DNA from: a virus
Lineage: Duplodnaviria; Heunggongvirae; Uroviricota; Caudoviricetes
IMG/VR virus record: IMGVR_UViG_2571042690_000019
Strand: one strand, 5' to 3'
Length of the DNA stretch: 64,000 bases
In this document: positions 29,407 through 38,877 of the stretch, in pieces
Layout of the letters: every line of letters starts with the position of its first letter
Numbering within the stretch: the first letter of the stretch is position 1
Made by a program: the position numbers and the translations under genes
Notes under the pieces: model-generated
Databases searched by the model: none
What the model saw: only the letters and a program-made list of their open reading frames with translations
What the model was told of the DNA's origin: nothing

Positions 29407-29786
29407 TGAGGCATATATCACCGGAAGAACTTATTGCGCTTCATGATGCGAATATAAGCCGCTACGGCGGCCTGCCGGGAATGTCAGATCCGGGTAGGGC
29501 AGAGGCCATTATCGGGAGAGTTCAGGCCAGAGTTGCCTACGAAGAGATCACCGACCTTTTCGAAGTCTCCGCCACCTACCTGGTGGCTACGGCGAGAGGG
29601 CATATATTCAATGATGCCAATAAGCGTACCGCGCTAAACAGTGCGCTGCTATTTCTACGCCGTAACGGTATACAGGTATATGATTCTCCCGTGCTGGTGG
29701 AACTTGCGGTGGGGGCCGCAACTGGTGAAATCCCCGTATCTTCAGTAGCGGAAAAACTACGTGAATTATTTGGTTCCAATATTTGA
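29406..29786 (+). CDS. doc: toxin Doc (Fic-fold)
   Basis: [39 protein letters not shown]... matches P1 Doc; ATGA overlap with phd. Confidence 0.9.
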
Positions 29787-29788
29787 AA

Positions 29789-29816
29789 AGAAGCCCGCTC
29801 AACCAGGCGGGCTTCC
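29789..29816. terminator. bidirectional terminator hairpin between convergent doc and minus-strand operon
   Basis: AAGCCCGC-N8-GCGGGCTT hairpin. Confidence 0.5.
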
Positions 29817-29821
29817 TACTA

Positions 29822-30916
29822 TCACTCAATGATTTTTTCTGCTGTCAGCCAGCTAATTTCTTGCCTGTCTTTCGGCGGTTTTAGCATGTGGGCGTATTCA
29901 GCGACATTCTCCCACGAAATTGTTTTTGCCCACTCAACGATAGCATTGTGATCTGCAGTGAAGAGTGGAATGGTGTGCGATTTCAACCATTCTAATGTCG
30001 TGACGCCATGTTTTTTGGCGTGGTGCTGCGCATGATGCCGGGCTATCACTCGTAATGGTATTGTCCATTCACTACCATCAGGCATCGAAAAGCGCATTGT
30101 CTTCGGCATATCTGATTCAAGAACAGCCTCCCTAATACCAGGGAACTCACCAAGAATCATACGACGATAGTCATCACTATTTCGCCCGCCATACCTTTCG
30201 GCAAAATGATCAAGATATTCTTGGGTAATAAATGGTGAATCCTCCGCACTCAGCTTAATGGCTTTATATACACCACTCGGATTATCTTCAGCTAAAGCAC
30301 GTCCATGATGTGAATCATAAAAAAAGCCTATTTCCTCTGGTGACGGAATTGAAGTGAGCAATATGCGTGAATCACCACTAGTCATGCTTGCCCACACAAT
30401 GCTGTATGCCTGATCGCTGATATGTGCGGAATCCACAATAATGAATAAAAGATGGTCGGCGTAGTGACCTGCAATGCTATCTTCATAGTTAAGGCGGAAG
30501 TTACAAAAGCACATTCCCCAAAATTCATTGAACATCAGACCGCTATCACCGACCTTAAAATACTCAATGATAAAAGGTTGTTTTTTCAGCAATGCCTCCC
30601 AACATTGCCACACATATGCAACAATTCCTCTTTTGCAAACATTTGATTTTGGATAAACAATTACTGTCCGGGAATCAGGATACATAATCGTATAAAGGGT
30701 ACTAATAACAGCAAGCACTTGCGGTCGTCCGATCCCATACGGAGTGGTGACAGTAGCTTTTGCATTATTGGGCTGTATAGCTTCAACAATTTGTTGTTGC
30801 TGGTGGCTTAAATCAATATCAAACAATTCTTTTGCTGCCAGTACCCAATTGTCTTTATATTTCTCCACCAGCGACAGCCAGCGCGGATCTTTATAAATAT
30901 TGCTCTTAGTCGCCAT
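29822..30916 (-). CDS. terminase large-subunit ATPase-domain paralog with substituted Walker A and Walker B motifs (predicted inactive)
   Basis: aligns with PacB-like ORF 36005..37513 over ~270 aa (DPRW, SHQQQQI, FYDSHH, EYGGR); Walker A GHGTGKS replaced by PYGIGRP, Walker B LDEAS replaced by VDSAH; nuclease domain absent. Confidence 0.7.
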   Translation of the reverse strand: MATKSNIYKDPRWLSLVEKYKDNWVLAAKELFDIDLSHQQQQIVEAIQPNNAKATVTTPYGIGRPQVLAVISTLYTIMYPDSRTVIVYPKSNVCKRGIVAYVWQCWEALLKKQPFIIEYFKVGDSGLMFNEFWGMCFCNFRLNYEDSIAGHYADHLLFIIVDSAHISDQAYSIVWASMTSGDSRILLTSIPSPEEIGFFYDSHHGRALAEDNPSGVYKAIKLSAEDSPFITQEYLDHFAERYGGRNSDDYRRMILGEFPGIREAVLESDMPKTMRFSMPDGSEWTIPLRVIARHHAQHHAKKHGVTTLEWLKSHTIPLFTADHNAIVEWAKTISWENVAEYAHMLKPPKDRQEISWLTAEKIIE

Positions 30917-31673
30917 CTGCCACTTCCTTAACTTCTTCTTTGGCCTGTTCTGCAATCGCCGCACGGCATTTCGCCCTGGCTGTAGCGATTGCTTCAGCTC
31001 GCACATCGTCTGGAATCGTTGACGTGATATACATATCCAGTTCTTCGGCACGGAATACTGTTTGGTCCAGATATTCGCGTAGCATCCAGGTAAATTCGAA
31101 ATCACACGCGATAATCTCTGCGCTACCTTCTGCACCATTTGGGAAATGAATAAATGCCTGTTTAGCCAAACCGATAACACGACATGCGGTTGCCAAAACA
31201 GCGACAACCAGGTTTACATTTTCACACGCTACGGGCTGGTTAACGCCGGAGATTACTCCATTTAACTGTCGGTTATATGGAAGGTAGTTTGAGATGCGTT
31301 CTACGCGCCATGTGCCAGTCAGGCTGCCATTTTTAAATATAATTGGTGTAACGGATAGCCCAAGCTCGCGTATAAGTCGTTGCGCTATAGCAGGATCATT
31401 AAACAGGTCTAATGCTACACATTCGAAAGACTGCGCAAGGGCAAACAGTTCTTCCAGAGAGTAGTCTTTGCCCCTGGCGGTGATGTAACGACGAACGCCG
31501 CTGTCTGCATCACTCCATATAGCTACGCCATGCTCTTCATTCAGCTCTTCATTAAAGCCGAGATACGTCATGATAGTGCGTTCAATCGTGTCAAACGGCA
31601 GTGACATGTCGGCGTTAACAGCCACCAGCAGGCCATTACGCAAGCGGTATTGAATTGTTTTAGTGCTTTCCAT
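30906..31673 (-). CDS. hypothetical protein
   Basis: 255-aa ORF immediately upstream of the terminase paralog. Confidence 0.55.
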   Translation of the reverse strand: MESTKTIQYRLRNGLLVAVNADMSLPFDTIERTIMTYLGFNEELNEEHGVAIWSDADSGVRRYITARGKDYSLEELFALAQSFECVALDLFNDPAIAQRLIRELGLSVTPIIFKNGSLTGTWRVERISNYLPYNRQLNGVISGVNQPVACENVNLVVAVLATACRVIGLAKQAFIHFPNGAEGSAEIIACDFEFTWMLREYLDQTVFRAEELDMYITSTIPDDVRAEAIATARAKCRAAIAEQAKEEVKEVADGD

Positions 31674-31679
31674 GTCAAA

Positions 31680-32120
31680 TCACTCCACAACAAACCAGTC
31701 ACAGGCCAGCAGGTCGCCAACTGAAGGCACCCACGGAACAACTACACCTTGTGCATTTTTTAAGGCGAAATAAGCACCATACGGAACGAGGTCGCCGGGG
31801 AAATATCCCTTAATGGCTTCCATTCGTGCCGGGTACTGTCCTTCAGGAACCAGCCAGCAGAATTGGTTTTCGCCGTTCCACCCGCGTCGAGCAACTTTCT
31901 TGCCTTCCTTCAGCCACATCAGCGCGTCTGAAAAGTCGGCTGCTTCAAGGTCGATTTCTTCTTGCTGGGTGGTGATGCCACCAGCAGAAATAGTTACGCT
32001 CCCGGTAAGATTAATCATCACGCCGTTGTCATCCGTAATGATGACCGTGGTTCCATTTTTTTTGTGAGCTTTGTATTTGGGACGGAACTTAAAAAGCTCT
32101 TTCGTTGCCATGTTATTCAT
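31680..32120 (-). CDS. DUF2829-like phage protein
   Basis: ALMWLKEGKKVARRGWNG segment; paralogous to C-terminal half of ORF 39767..40342. Confidence 0.5.
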   Translation of the reverse strand: MNNMATKELFKFRPKYKAHKKNGTTVIITDDNGVMINLTGSVTISAGGITTQQEEIDLEAADFSDALMWLKEGKKVARRGWNGENQFCWLVPEGQYPARMEAIKGYFPGDLVPYGAYFALKNAQGVVVPWVPSVGDLLACDWFVVE

Positions 32121-32134
32121 AGTCTTTTCTCTGC

Positions 32135-32629
32135 TTATAACTTTTCGTACTGAAGCGGTGAACGCTTAATTTCAAAGTGGCCTTCCGATGTGCTACCAAA
32201 GCCACCAGCACCACGCTCCGTTTCGTTGAGTTCCTCAACCTCGACTAGTGAGACTTGTTCAACACGCTCAAAAATTCCTTGCATGACAGCCATTCCAGGC
32301 TTGAGACAAACGCCTTCCCCGCCTGGATCAGTAATCAGTTTTGCCATGATTTCGCCGCGATAATCGGAGTCGATAATTCCTACGCAGTTAGCCAGGCGAG
32401 TATGTTTTTTGCAGCCCAATCCTGATCGCGGATAGAGTTTCAGACACCAGCCGGGCGGGATCTCCATAGCCAGTCCGGTATACACCCACCAGCTTGAGGA
32501 AATTGCACCATTGCTATCGACGCATGGTTTTATTTCAACAGCCTCAAAATCCATCGCCGCCGATCCGGAGGTGGCATAAGCTGGAAGTTTTGCTGCCGGA
32601 TGTAGGCGTTTCACTTTTACGTAAATCAT
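32135..32629 (-). CDS. dut: dUTP diphosphatase (trimeric dUTPase)
   Basis: GIIDSDYRGEI and RGAGGFGSTS motifs. Confidence 0.85.
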   Translation of the reverse strand: MIYVKVKRLHPAAKLPAYATSGSAAMDFEAVEIKPCVDSNGAISSSWWVYTGLAMEIPPGWCLKLYPRSGLGCKKHTRLANCVGIIDSDYRGEIMAKLITDPGGEGVCLKPGMAVMQGIFERVEQVSLVEVEELNETERGAGGFGSTSEGHFEIKRSPLQYEKL

Positions 32630-33102
32630 TGTTTTTTAGCTCTCTGCGTGAAGGTGTAAACCCGACGTTTGATATGTGGAACGGTAGGAACAGGAAGACA
32701 GGAACTTTCAATAACTCCTTGCTCCTCCAGCGATCGCACCGCCCGCAAGAACTGCGACGTGTCGCCGCCAAACTGGCGGGCATAGGTGCTGCCGTTATGA
32801 AGTATTTGAGCTATTACCCGAGCTTTTGTCTGGCTGTCACGATATGCGAATAGCCGCACGGCCTCTTCTGGCGCAATCGCTAACTGATAGCCTTTCCCGG
32901 CACGGTGTCGAATGAATCCATGCGCCAGTAGGTTTTTGAGTTCGTTACGAGTGCGAACAGATCCGTAACCCAGGAAGTGTGGATTGATAACGACTGGCTT
33001 AAACCATTCCGTAGGTGCTTTAGCTAATAGAGCTAACAGCTTCCCGGATAATTCTGGATAGGAAGACGGGTAACAATTCAGAGATGGGTAATAAGTTTTC
33101 AC
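32626..33102 (-). CDS. hypothetical protein, possible winged-helix regulator
   Basis: 158-aa ORF. Confidence 0.45.
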   Translation of the reverse strand: MKTYYPSLNCYPSSYPELSGKLLALLAKAPTEWFKPVVINPHFLGYGSVRTRNELKNLLAHGFIRHRAGKGYQLAIAPEEAVRLFAYRDSQTKARVIAQILHNGSTYARQFGGDTSQFLRAVRSLEEQGVIESSCLPVPTVPHIKRRVYTFTQRAKKQ

Positions 33103-33443
33103 CGACGCCCCCTTGCAGGATATCGACCGGCATTAGTATCCGGTGCAATAAAGCCGGTAGTGGGGCGAGTGAAAGCGAGATTAATCTTCTCGACCATAGT
33201 GCGATAATTTTCCTGATAGTGGGCCAGGAGTTTTTCGGCGGCAATGATGGTTACTTTCCGGACGTAGCTTTCTGCTTCCTCCAGATTTCGCCAGTTTTTT
33301 TCGAGGGTAAACACAGGGACGGCCTCAAGCCCGGTCATGATGCCGAACACAACGACAGCATGACTGTTCTTAACACCAGCGGCGAAGGTTACGGTGTAAC
33401 CATCCACCTTGAAGCGTCTTGATTCCGTGATTTGACTCTGCAA
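33099..33443 (-). CDS. hypothetical protein
   Basis: 114-aa ORF, first gene downstream of the recombinase. Confidence 0.45.
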   Translation of the reverse strand: MQSQITESRRFKVDGYTVTFAAGVKNSHAVVVFGIMTGLEAVPVFTLEKNWRNLEEAESYVRKVTIIAAEKLLAHYQENYRTMVEKINLAFTRPTTGFIAPDTNAGRYPARGRR

Positions 33444-33516
33444 AGCACCCTCCTAAATAGGCGAGGGTACTTTACAGCAAAGGCGTTAATCTAAAAAGAT
33501 GTGTTAGAATTTTAAT

Positions 33517-34545
33517 TTACGAATCCATCAGGCGGCTATTAGCCCCCACAGACACGCCGCCACGGCGAAGATACCGCATAAGTGTTTCCGGTTTCTTCCA
33601 GGTTCCTTCCTGCATGATCTCCACCATAGACACCTGCTTTTCAGCCATATCAATAGCGGCCCCGACGCGTGCACTATGCCCAGTCCACGTCCGGTATCTT
33701 CCTTTGTTTGGCGTAGCATCTCTTTTATTCAGCAACACCCAGGCGTCGCTGAATATTTTCTCCATTGCAGGTGCAGTAAGGGGCGTTGTCGTAATCCTGG
33801 CCTTATTGCTACGGTGTATCGGCGGGAACAGCACCGCGTCAGGATGTTCACGAAGCCCGGAAACATCCAGCCAGTCATTCAGCACAGCAGTAGTGCGACG
33901 GGAAAGCACCTTATCAAGCCCGGCGGCGGTCGTTATTGTCTTCGTGTGTGAAATATGTAGCGTGACAGTGTCACCTGTTTGGTCCAGATCTCCTACACGA
34001 ATACGCGAGATTTCCGACATACGCATCAGCGTATTGTATGCAACAAAGAGAAAAGCCCGGTTGCGCTGGTCCACCAGCCGTTCTGACCTGGACAGCAGGA
34101 CGTCGAGCAGTTTCAGGTCGTCCCACCGCAACGGTATAGCCTGGCCTGTTCGCTCGCCTTTTTCCGTTGCCGCTTCACGCCGGATGCGCCGCATGGCCAG
34201 AGACACACTTTTATCGTCCGACAGCGGCGGGAGGCCACATTGCGAAAGCAGCATGTTAAGCATGGCATAGTGCTTATCAATGGTGGTCGAAGCCAGATCA
34301 GCATCATGCAGCTGAAGAAAATACTCGCGGGCCATCTCTGGTGAGATCGGGAACCAGGCGAGCTGGCGAGCGTGACACCATCTCGCCCAGGAGTGAAACA
34401 CTAACCGGAGATCGCGCAAAGTATTCGGCGCGTAAGCCCCCTGGTCATTCATGAACCGCATAAAGTTTTCTGCGGCCTCCTGGTACTCTTTGCCAATGTT
34501 GCGCAGAAAACCACCGGAGCTGCCAGAGATAATTAATTTACTCAT
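33517..34545 (-). CDS. dre: Cre-family tyrosine site-specific recombinase (Dre-like)
   Basis: 342 aa colinear with Cre; catalytic-region match GHSARVGAA...GTW...RYLRR (His, Arg, Trp, Tyr positions conserved); adjacent site matches the D6 rox sequence as I recall it. Confidence 0.8.
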   Translation of the reverse strand: MSKLIISGSSGGFLRNIGKEYQEAAENFMRFMNDQGAYAPNTLRDLRLVFHSWARWCHARQLAWFPISPEMAREYFLQLHDADLASTTIDKHYAMLNMLLSQCGLPPLSDDKSVSLAMRRIRREAATEKGERTGQAIPLRWDDLKLLDVLLSRSERLVDQRNRAFLFVAYNTLMRMSEISRIRVGDLDQTGDTVTLHISHTKTITTAAGLDKVLSRRTTAVLNDWLDVSGLREHPDAVLFPPIHRSNKARITTTPLTAPAMEKIFSDAWVLLNKRDATPNKGRYRTWTGHSARVGAAIDMAEKQVSMVEIMQEGTWKKPETLMRYLRRGGVSVGANSRLMDS

Positions 34546-34697
34546 GAAACTATTTAACCTCTATATACAGATGACGCTACGCGAAAAATATAAAAATGAC
34601 AGGGTAGCTATAAGTTAATTTTCAAGATTCAAGCCTTTGATCCGAGGCACGTATTTTCAGTGATGTCAACACTGATCATCTACCCATGATTATAGCC

Positions 34698-34729
34698 TAA
34701 CTTTAAATAATGCCAATTATTTAAAGTTA
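34698..34729. promoter_or_regulatory. lox-like recombination site (rox-type): TAACTTTAAATAAT-GCCA-ATTATTTAAAGTTA
   Basis: perfect 14-bp inverted repeat with asymmetric 4-bp centre; outer TAACTT...AAGTTA shared with loxP; ~150 bp upstream of the recombinase start. Confidence 0.75.
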
Positions 34730-34910
34730 TAAAATGCCGATTTTTTTTAATCCATCATAGATTGATGATGACCAGTAACACGTTGCCTTCATGGTCTTTA
34801 ATTTGCGAAGTGTGGTTTCTACGGTTGGTTTTCTAAAATTGATGACAAAAAATCACAGTTCGATCCTTTACTCACTCTGTTATTCGACATAAATTTGTCA
34901 TAGTAATTTT

Positions 34911-34925
34911 ATGTTAGAAAACTAA
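34911..34925 (-). promoter_or_regulatory. operator-like motif TTAGTTTTCTAACAT immediately upstream of gene 34940
   Basis: dispersed conserved motif 15-29 bp before ATG. Confidence 0.45.
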
Positions 34926-34939
34926 ATCGAGTAGGAATA

Positions 34940-35977
34940 ATGAGTAAGAAGTCGATCGAGAAAGAGTACAAACGGTTCCTGCAAACCGCTGAACGGTGGA
35001 AAGAGCTGGTGGTCGCAAACTCTGTTTTCCATGATACCAGTTATGCTGGCGAGGAATTCCGCCATGTTGCATTAACGCATGACCAAAACATATTAGAAGA
35101 AGCTGAAAAATGTCTTGCTGAATGGAAAGCCTTCGTTGACATGTGCCGCGATGCCGACGGCAAAGCGTCGAACATTGTTGAGTCTGTATATTCTCCGATC
35201 CCATTCATCATTGAGGACACCAATCAAAGCACGCATGTCGTTGTGCAAAGCGCTACAACAACACGTACATTTACACGTGAACAATTGCTAAAAAAATACG
35301 ACAAAATCATAAAGAAAAGCCTTAAAAATAGGGTTTTTTCTCAAATCGTAGGTGATCTTGAAGAAGAACAGCGCTTCTTTGAAGCTGAGCCTGAAGGCGA
35401 GATCTACCGGGCGCGTAAAGAGGCATATACAGATGTTGTGCTGACAACAAACATCGAAGGCAGCAATGCCCTTTCTCGCTTTAGAGTTGGCGCACATGGT
35501 GCATTGGTTTTCGCAAGACTACCGAAGACAACGATCCCCGTTGTCAATAATGTTGGTGAACGCCGGAGCATTACAATTTATTCTGGCGTCGAATCGGTAC
35601 CTTGCAGCCTTCTCGGCGATTTTAACTTATATCGTGTTCGTGACCTGGAAAAACACCAGCCAAGCTATGTTGCGAAGTCGTACATCTTAAGGAACATCGA
35701 TATTCGCAATGAAAGCCTTAAGCAGAAATCCGCTAAGATGCTGGAGGATGCCGATCCGGCTATTCGCCATATCATTGAGCGTAAGATACGTACATCACGT
35801 GAAGCAATGGCAAGGCTGGATAAAATGGATCTGGAATTGTTAGACGTAATGATGGCCTCTGGAGACGACCTGACCGGCATTAAACTGAATGAAGCTCGTA
35901 AAAAATACGGCAAAGCAATCGAAGAACGTTACGGATACACATTCCCCCAAACGCAGTACGCCGCGAAGCTCTGGTAA
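34940..35977 (+). CDS. hypothetical protein at the position of the P1 immunity repressor c1 (between pacB and the lox site)
   Basis: 345-aa ORF with RBS; functional call is by synteny only, no sequence similarity to C1 could be confirmed. Confidence 0.55.
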   Translation: MSKKSIEKEYKRFLQTAERWKELVVANSVFHDTSYAGEEFRHVALTHDQNILEEAEKCLAEWKAFVDMCRDADGKASNIVESVYSPIPFIIEDTNQSTHVVVQSATTTRTFTREQLLKKYDKIIKKSLKNRVFSQIVGDLEEEQRFFEAEPEGEIYRARKEAYTDVVLTTNIEGSNALSRFRVGAHGALVFARLPKTTIPVVNNVGERRSITIYSGVESVPCSLLGDFNLYRVRDLEKHQPSYVAKSYILRNIDIRNESLKQKSAKMLEDADPAIRHIIERKIRTSREAMARLDKMDLELLDVMMASGDDLTGIKLNEARKKYGKAIEERYGYTFPQTQYAAKLW

Positions 35978-35986
35978 TCACAACCG

Positions 35987-36010
35987 GCCCCGCATCGCGG
36001 GGCTTTATAT
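35987..36010. terminator. bidirectional terminator between convergent genes
   Basis: GCCCCGC-ATC-GCGGGGC hairpin followed by TTTATAT. Confidence 0.6.
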
Positions 36011-37513
36011 ATCCAGATCCGGCATTTCGATATCCGCCAGAACCTGATCTCGGAAAGTTGCCATTTCGGCACCAATATCTTCATTAGCAGGCACATAGTC
36101 CACCAGCATAGTGAAGCAGTAGGTATCCCATCGGTCAGGCGATTTGATGTTTAGCTTTTGCCGCATGTGCTCTTTGCGCATCATCGCCATTTTCCCTTCT
36201 TCATTCAGTAAAAAGGGGATTTTTGACGCTTGCTCTGCCGTTTTAGGGTCACTGTCTATCCGCATACGCCCTGACTTTATGGCATCACGCGCCATAATGT
36301 TTGCGTAGGCACGCTGATTAACAAATCGCTCCCTGTCTTTGTTCGCAAACATGGGTTTTCCCCACCGAATACGTACCGGGTTCGCACCACGACGCACCAA
36401 CTGCGCACACGTATCAGAACCAAAACCATCAGCATCAACCGCGATTGTTATATTCGGGTATTTTTCCGGCGTACATTCGTTATATATGAAGTCAGCAAAG
36501 GCCAATGGGTCCATAGTGCCAGGCATCTCCATTACCTTAAAGTTAACAACGCGCCGCTTATCCCTGTGACCTGATACCTTGCAGATGTTGAGGACCGACT
36601 TATCTCGCCCATTACCAACGTCAGCCGTTGCCACCCATCCCCAGTTTTTCTCCAACAACACCTTGCGGCGAGCAGAGCGATCGCATTCATCACGACCAAG
36701 CAAATAGCCGTTAATTTCTCGTGGGAACTGACCAAGCACCTTGACCATGTACTCAATAGAATCGCGCCCACCATATTCCAGAAGCTTCTCCTTGATGAAT
36801 TGTGGTGTGACGAACGGTGATTCTTCCGAGTTAAGAACAATTGCTGTCCAGATCCCTTTCGGGTTGTCTGGGGTTTTTGCTCGAGAATGGTGCGAATCGT
36901 AGAAATAACCACTTGGCCTTGTTGGCTGGGATAGCATCAACATCCGGTTATCTTCTTCAGTAAGAGCACCGGTCATTACGCCGATCGCCTTATCAGATAT
37001 ACCAGATGCTTCATCCAGAATTAGAAGCAAATGTGCCGCGTGTTCCCCCGCCAGCGCTTCTTCGTTGCCGAGTCGATAACCTTTGCAGAGAACTTCCCAA
37101 ATCCCCTTACGGGAGCGCTCATAAAACATGGTGTCAGAGAGGACAAAATAGGTCTGCAACCACCCATGACGCTTAACTGCATTCGCCCAATACTGTTTAA
37201 CGTATTTGAATACGCCTGTTTTTACCTGGCCTATCTTGTTAGCAACAATGATGACACGGGCATCGGGGAACAGGATCATAAAAATCAACAGCAACATCGC
37301 GGTAAGGGACGACTTCCCCGTTCCGTGTCCGGACGTGACGGTCGTCCTACTCCCCGTTTCCTGCACTGACTGAATGATCTGCTGCTGCTGGTGGGAGGGG
37401 AACATCCCAAAAATATCGACTACAGCCTGGGTAAAGTTGTAGCGGTATTTGATTACCATATCGCGCCAGCGTGGATCGCTGGTGACGCATTTAATCTTGC
37501 GCCCGCCAGCCAT
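36005..37513 (-). CDS. pacB: terminase large subunit (PacB-like)
   Basis: Walker A SGHGTGKS, Walker B LLILDEAS, C-terminal nuclease-like DADGFGSD; start overlaps upstream stop. Confidence 0.75.
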   Translation of the reverse strand: MAGGRKIKCVTSDPRWRDMVIKYRYNFTQAVVDIFGMFPSHQQQQIIQSVQETGSRTTVTSGHGTGKSSLTAMLLLIFMILFPDARVIIVANKIGQVKTGVFKYVKQYWANAVKRHGWLQTYFVLSDTMFYERSRKGIWEVLCKGYRLGNEEALAGEHAAHLLLILDEASGISDKAIGVMTGALTEEDNRMLMLSQPTRPSGYFYDSHHSRAKTPDNPKGIWTAIVLNSEESPFVTPQFIKEKLLEYGGRDSIEYMVKVLGQFPREINGYLLGRDECDRSARRKVLLEKNWGWVATADVGNGRDKSVLNICKVSGHRDKRRVVNFKVMEMPGTMDPLAFADFIYNECTPEKYPNITIAVDADGFGSDTCAQLVRRGANPVRIRWGKPMFANKDRERFVNQRAYANIMARDAIKSGRMRIDSDPKTAEQASKIPFLLNEEGKMAMMRKEHMRQKLNIKSPDRWDTYCFTMLVDYVPANEDIGAEMATFRDQVLADIEMPDLDI

Positions 37514-38877
37514 TAATCATCCTCCGGCGGTTCTATCGCGATATCATCATCTCCGGCGTCATACCCTGCATCAGATGCATCATAATCACCGTAAATTTCA
37601 GCCGTTGCCGAAGGGTCAATATCCAGCTCTTCGTCGTTGGCCTCGAATTCTCCAGCTTTACGCTCGCCATTGCGGTCGTAATCTCCGCACCCCAATTCTT
37701 CAACAATGGTTGCCACATCCGCCCGGCGCTCTGCCAGCCATTGCGGATGGTTAGCCTGAAGCGTTGCAAACTCCCTTGCCTCTTTGTCCAGCTGTTCATC
37801 ATCAACATCATTGACGTCAGAAACAGGTGGTTCGAGAAGAGTGATAGCTTTCGCCGCGCGCGCCGCGAGGATAGCCGGGACGCTGACACCCTGGCGCTCG
37901 ATGTATTCAGCAACACCGATATCATCCAGTTCCTCGCGCTCACGCATACGTATAGCGGCGGCGATAACTCTGGCTGCGCGTGCGTCAGCGCCAATGCGAT
38001 ATTCAATCTCTTTGCCACGCTGTTCGGCCTGTAGGCGTGCTAATTCGAGTTTTTCTCTGGCCTCAGCCTCTTTGAATGCTTGCTGGCGAGCGCTCTGACG
38101 AAGCTTTTCATCCCCCTGTCGCAGCTTTTGTTCGGACTGATATATAGCTGCCAACCTACTGATAAAATCATTCATGTAGTAGGCCGCGTCACTGATTAGA
38201 CCGAGAAGGCGCTGCCCAGGGTGCATTCCTTCTGGCTCTTTATCGCCCAAGGCGTCTATTTCCGCCTGTAGACGTTCGGCCTCCTGATCAACAATGCTTT
38301 GATACTGAAGTGCGCGCTCTTGCGCCATTTGAATTGCTAACCGCAGGTGTTCTTCTGCGCCGTTCTTCATCATATCGCGAGCCACATTCGTAGTTGGCAA
38401 TGTGGCACGCTGCACAGCACCGTCAGGGATCATTGCAGAAGATCCCTCAATTTTTGGGGCGTTTTTATCTTCTTCGGGGATCATTTTCGCCATTTTTTCG
38501 CGCAATGATCTCCTGACAGATTCTTTTATCTCATTGTTATTATTTGAATTATTTTCATGATCCGAAGTTTTCTTTCTCGGCATACTTCGGAAAGAACCTG
38601 CGCCCTGCGAATTGTCAATTTCTGTAAATTTTGTTTTTTCTGCACCCTCTTCCAGCTTTTTTGTTGCTCTTCCCGCCCGTTTTTTTTCAGGTGATTTGGT
38701 GCTTTTTTTTGTTGTCTTTACCTGCGACCGCACCTCATTTTTTTTCATATTGAGATGCTTTCTGGCTGTATTGAAGCTAAGGCCATGCTCCTCACAGTAT
38801 TCCTTTACAGTGATCCCTTTTTCTTCACGCAACGCTATAAAGCGGGCGCGGTGCTCCTCCCAATTAACCAGACTCAT
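37513..38877 (-). CDS. pacA: terminase small subunit-like protein (PacA-like), acidic C-terminus
   Basis: 454 aa directly upstream of and coupled to large terminase; N-terminal HTH-like segment; synteny pacA-pacB-c1-lox-recombinase. Confidence 0.5.
   Translation of the reverse strand: MSLVNWEEHRARFIALREEKGITVKEYCEEHGLSFNTARKHLNMKKNEVRSQVKTTKKSTKSPEKKRAGRATKKLEEGAEKTKFTEIDNSQGAGSFRSMPRKKTSDHENNSNNNNEIKESVRRSLREKMAKMIPEEDKNAPKIEGSSAMIPDGAVQRATLPTTNVARDMMKNGAEEHLRLAIQMAQERALQYQSIVDQEAERLQAEIDALGDKEPEGMHPGQRLLGLISDAAYYMNDFISRLAAIYQSEQKLRQGDEKLRQSARQQAFKEAEAREKLELARLQAEQRGKEIEYRIGADARAARVIAAAIRMREREELDDIGVAEYIERQGVSVPAILAARAAKAITLLEPPVSDVNDVDDEQLDKEAREFATLQANHPQWLAERRADVATIVEELGCGDYDRNGERKAGEFEANDEELDIDPSATAEIYGDYDASDAGYDAGDDDIAIEPPEDD

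Noticed and set aside
30906-31207. Longest-ORF start of the terminase paralog at 31207
   Set aside because: It overlaps 300 bp of the upstream 255-aa gene in another frame; the internal ATG at 30916 (MATKSNIYK) aligns with the PacB-like N-terminus
34940-35977. Confident naming of this gene as c1
   Set aside because: Assignment rests on synteny alone; I could not confirm sequence similarity to P1 C1, so the symbol is left empty
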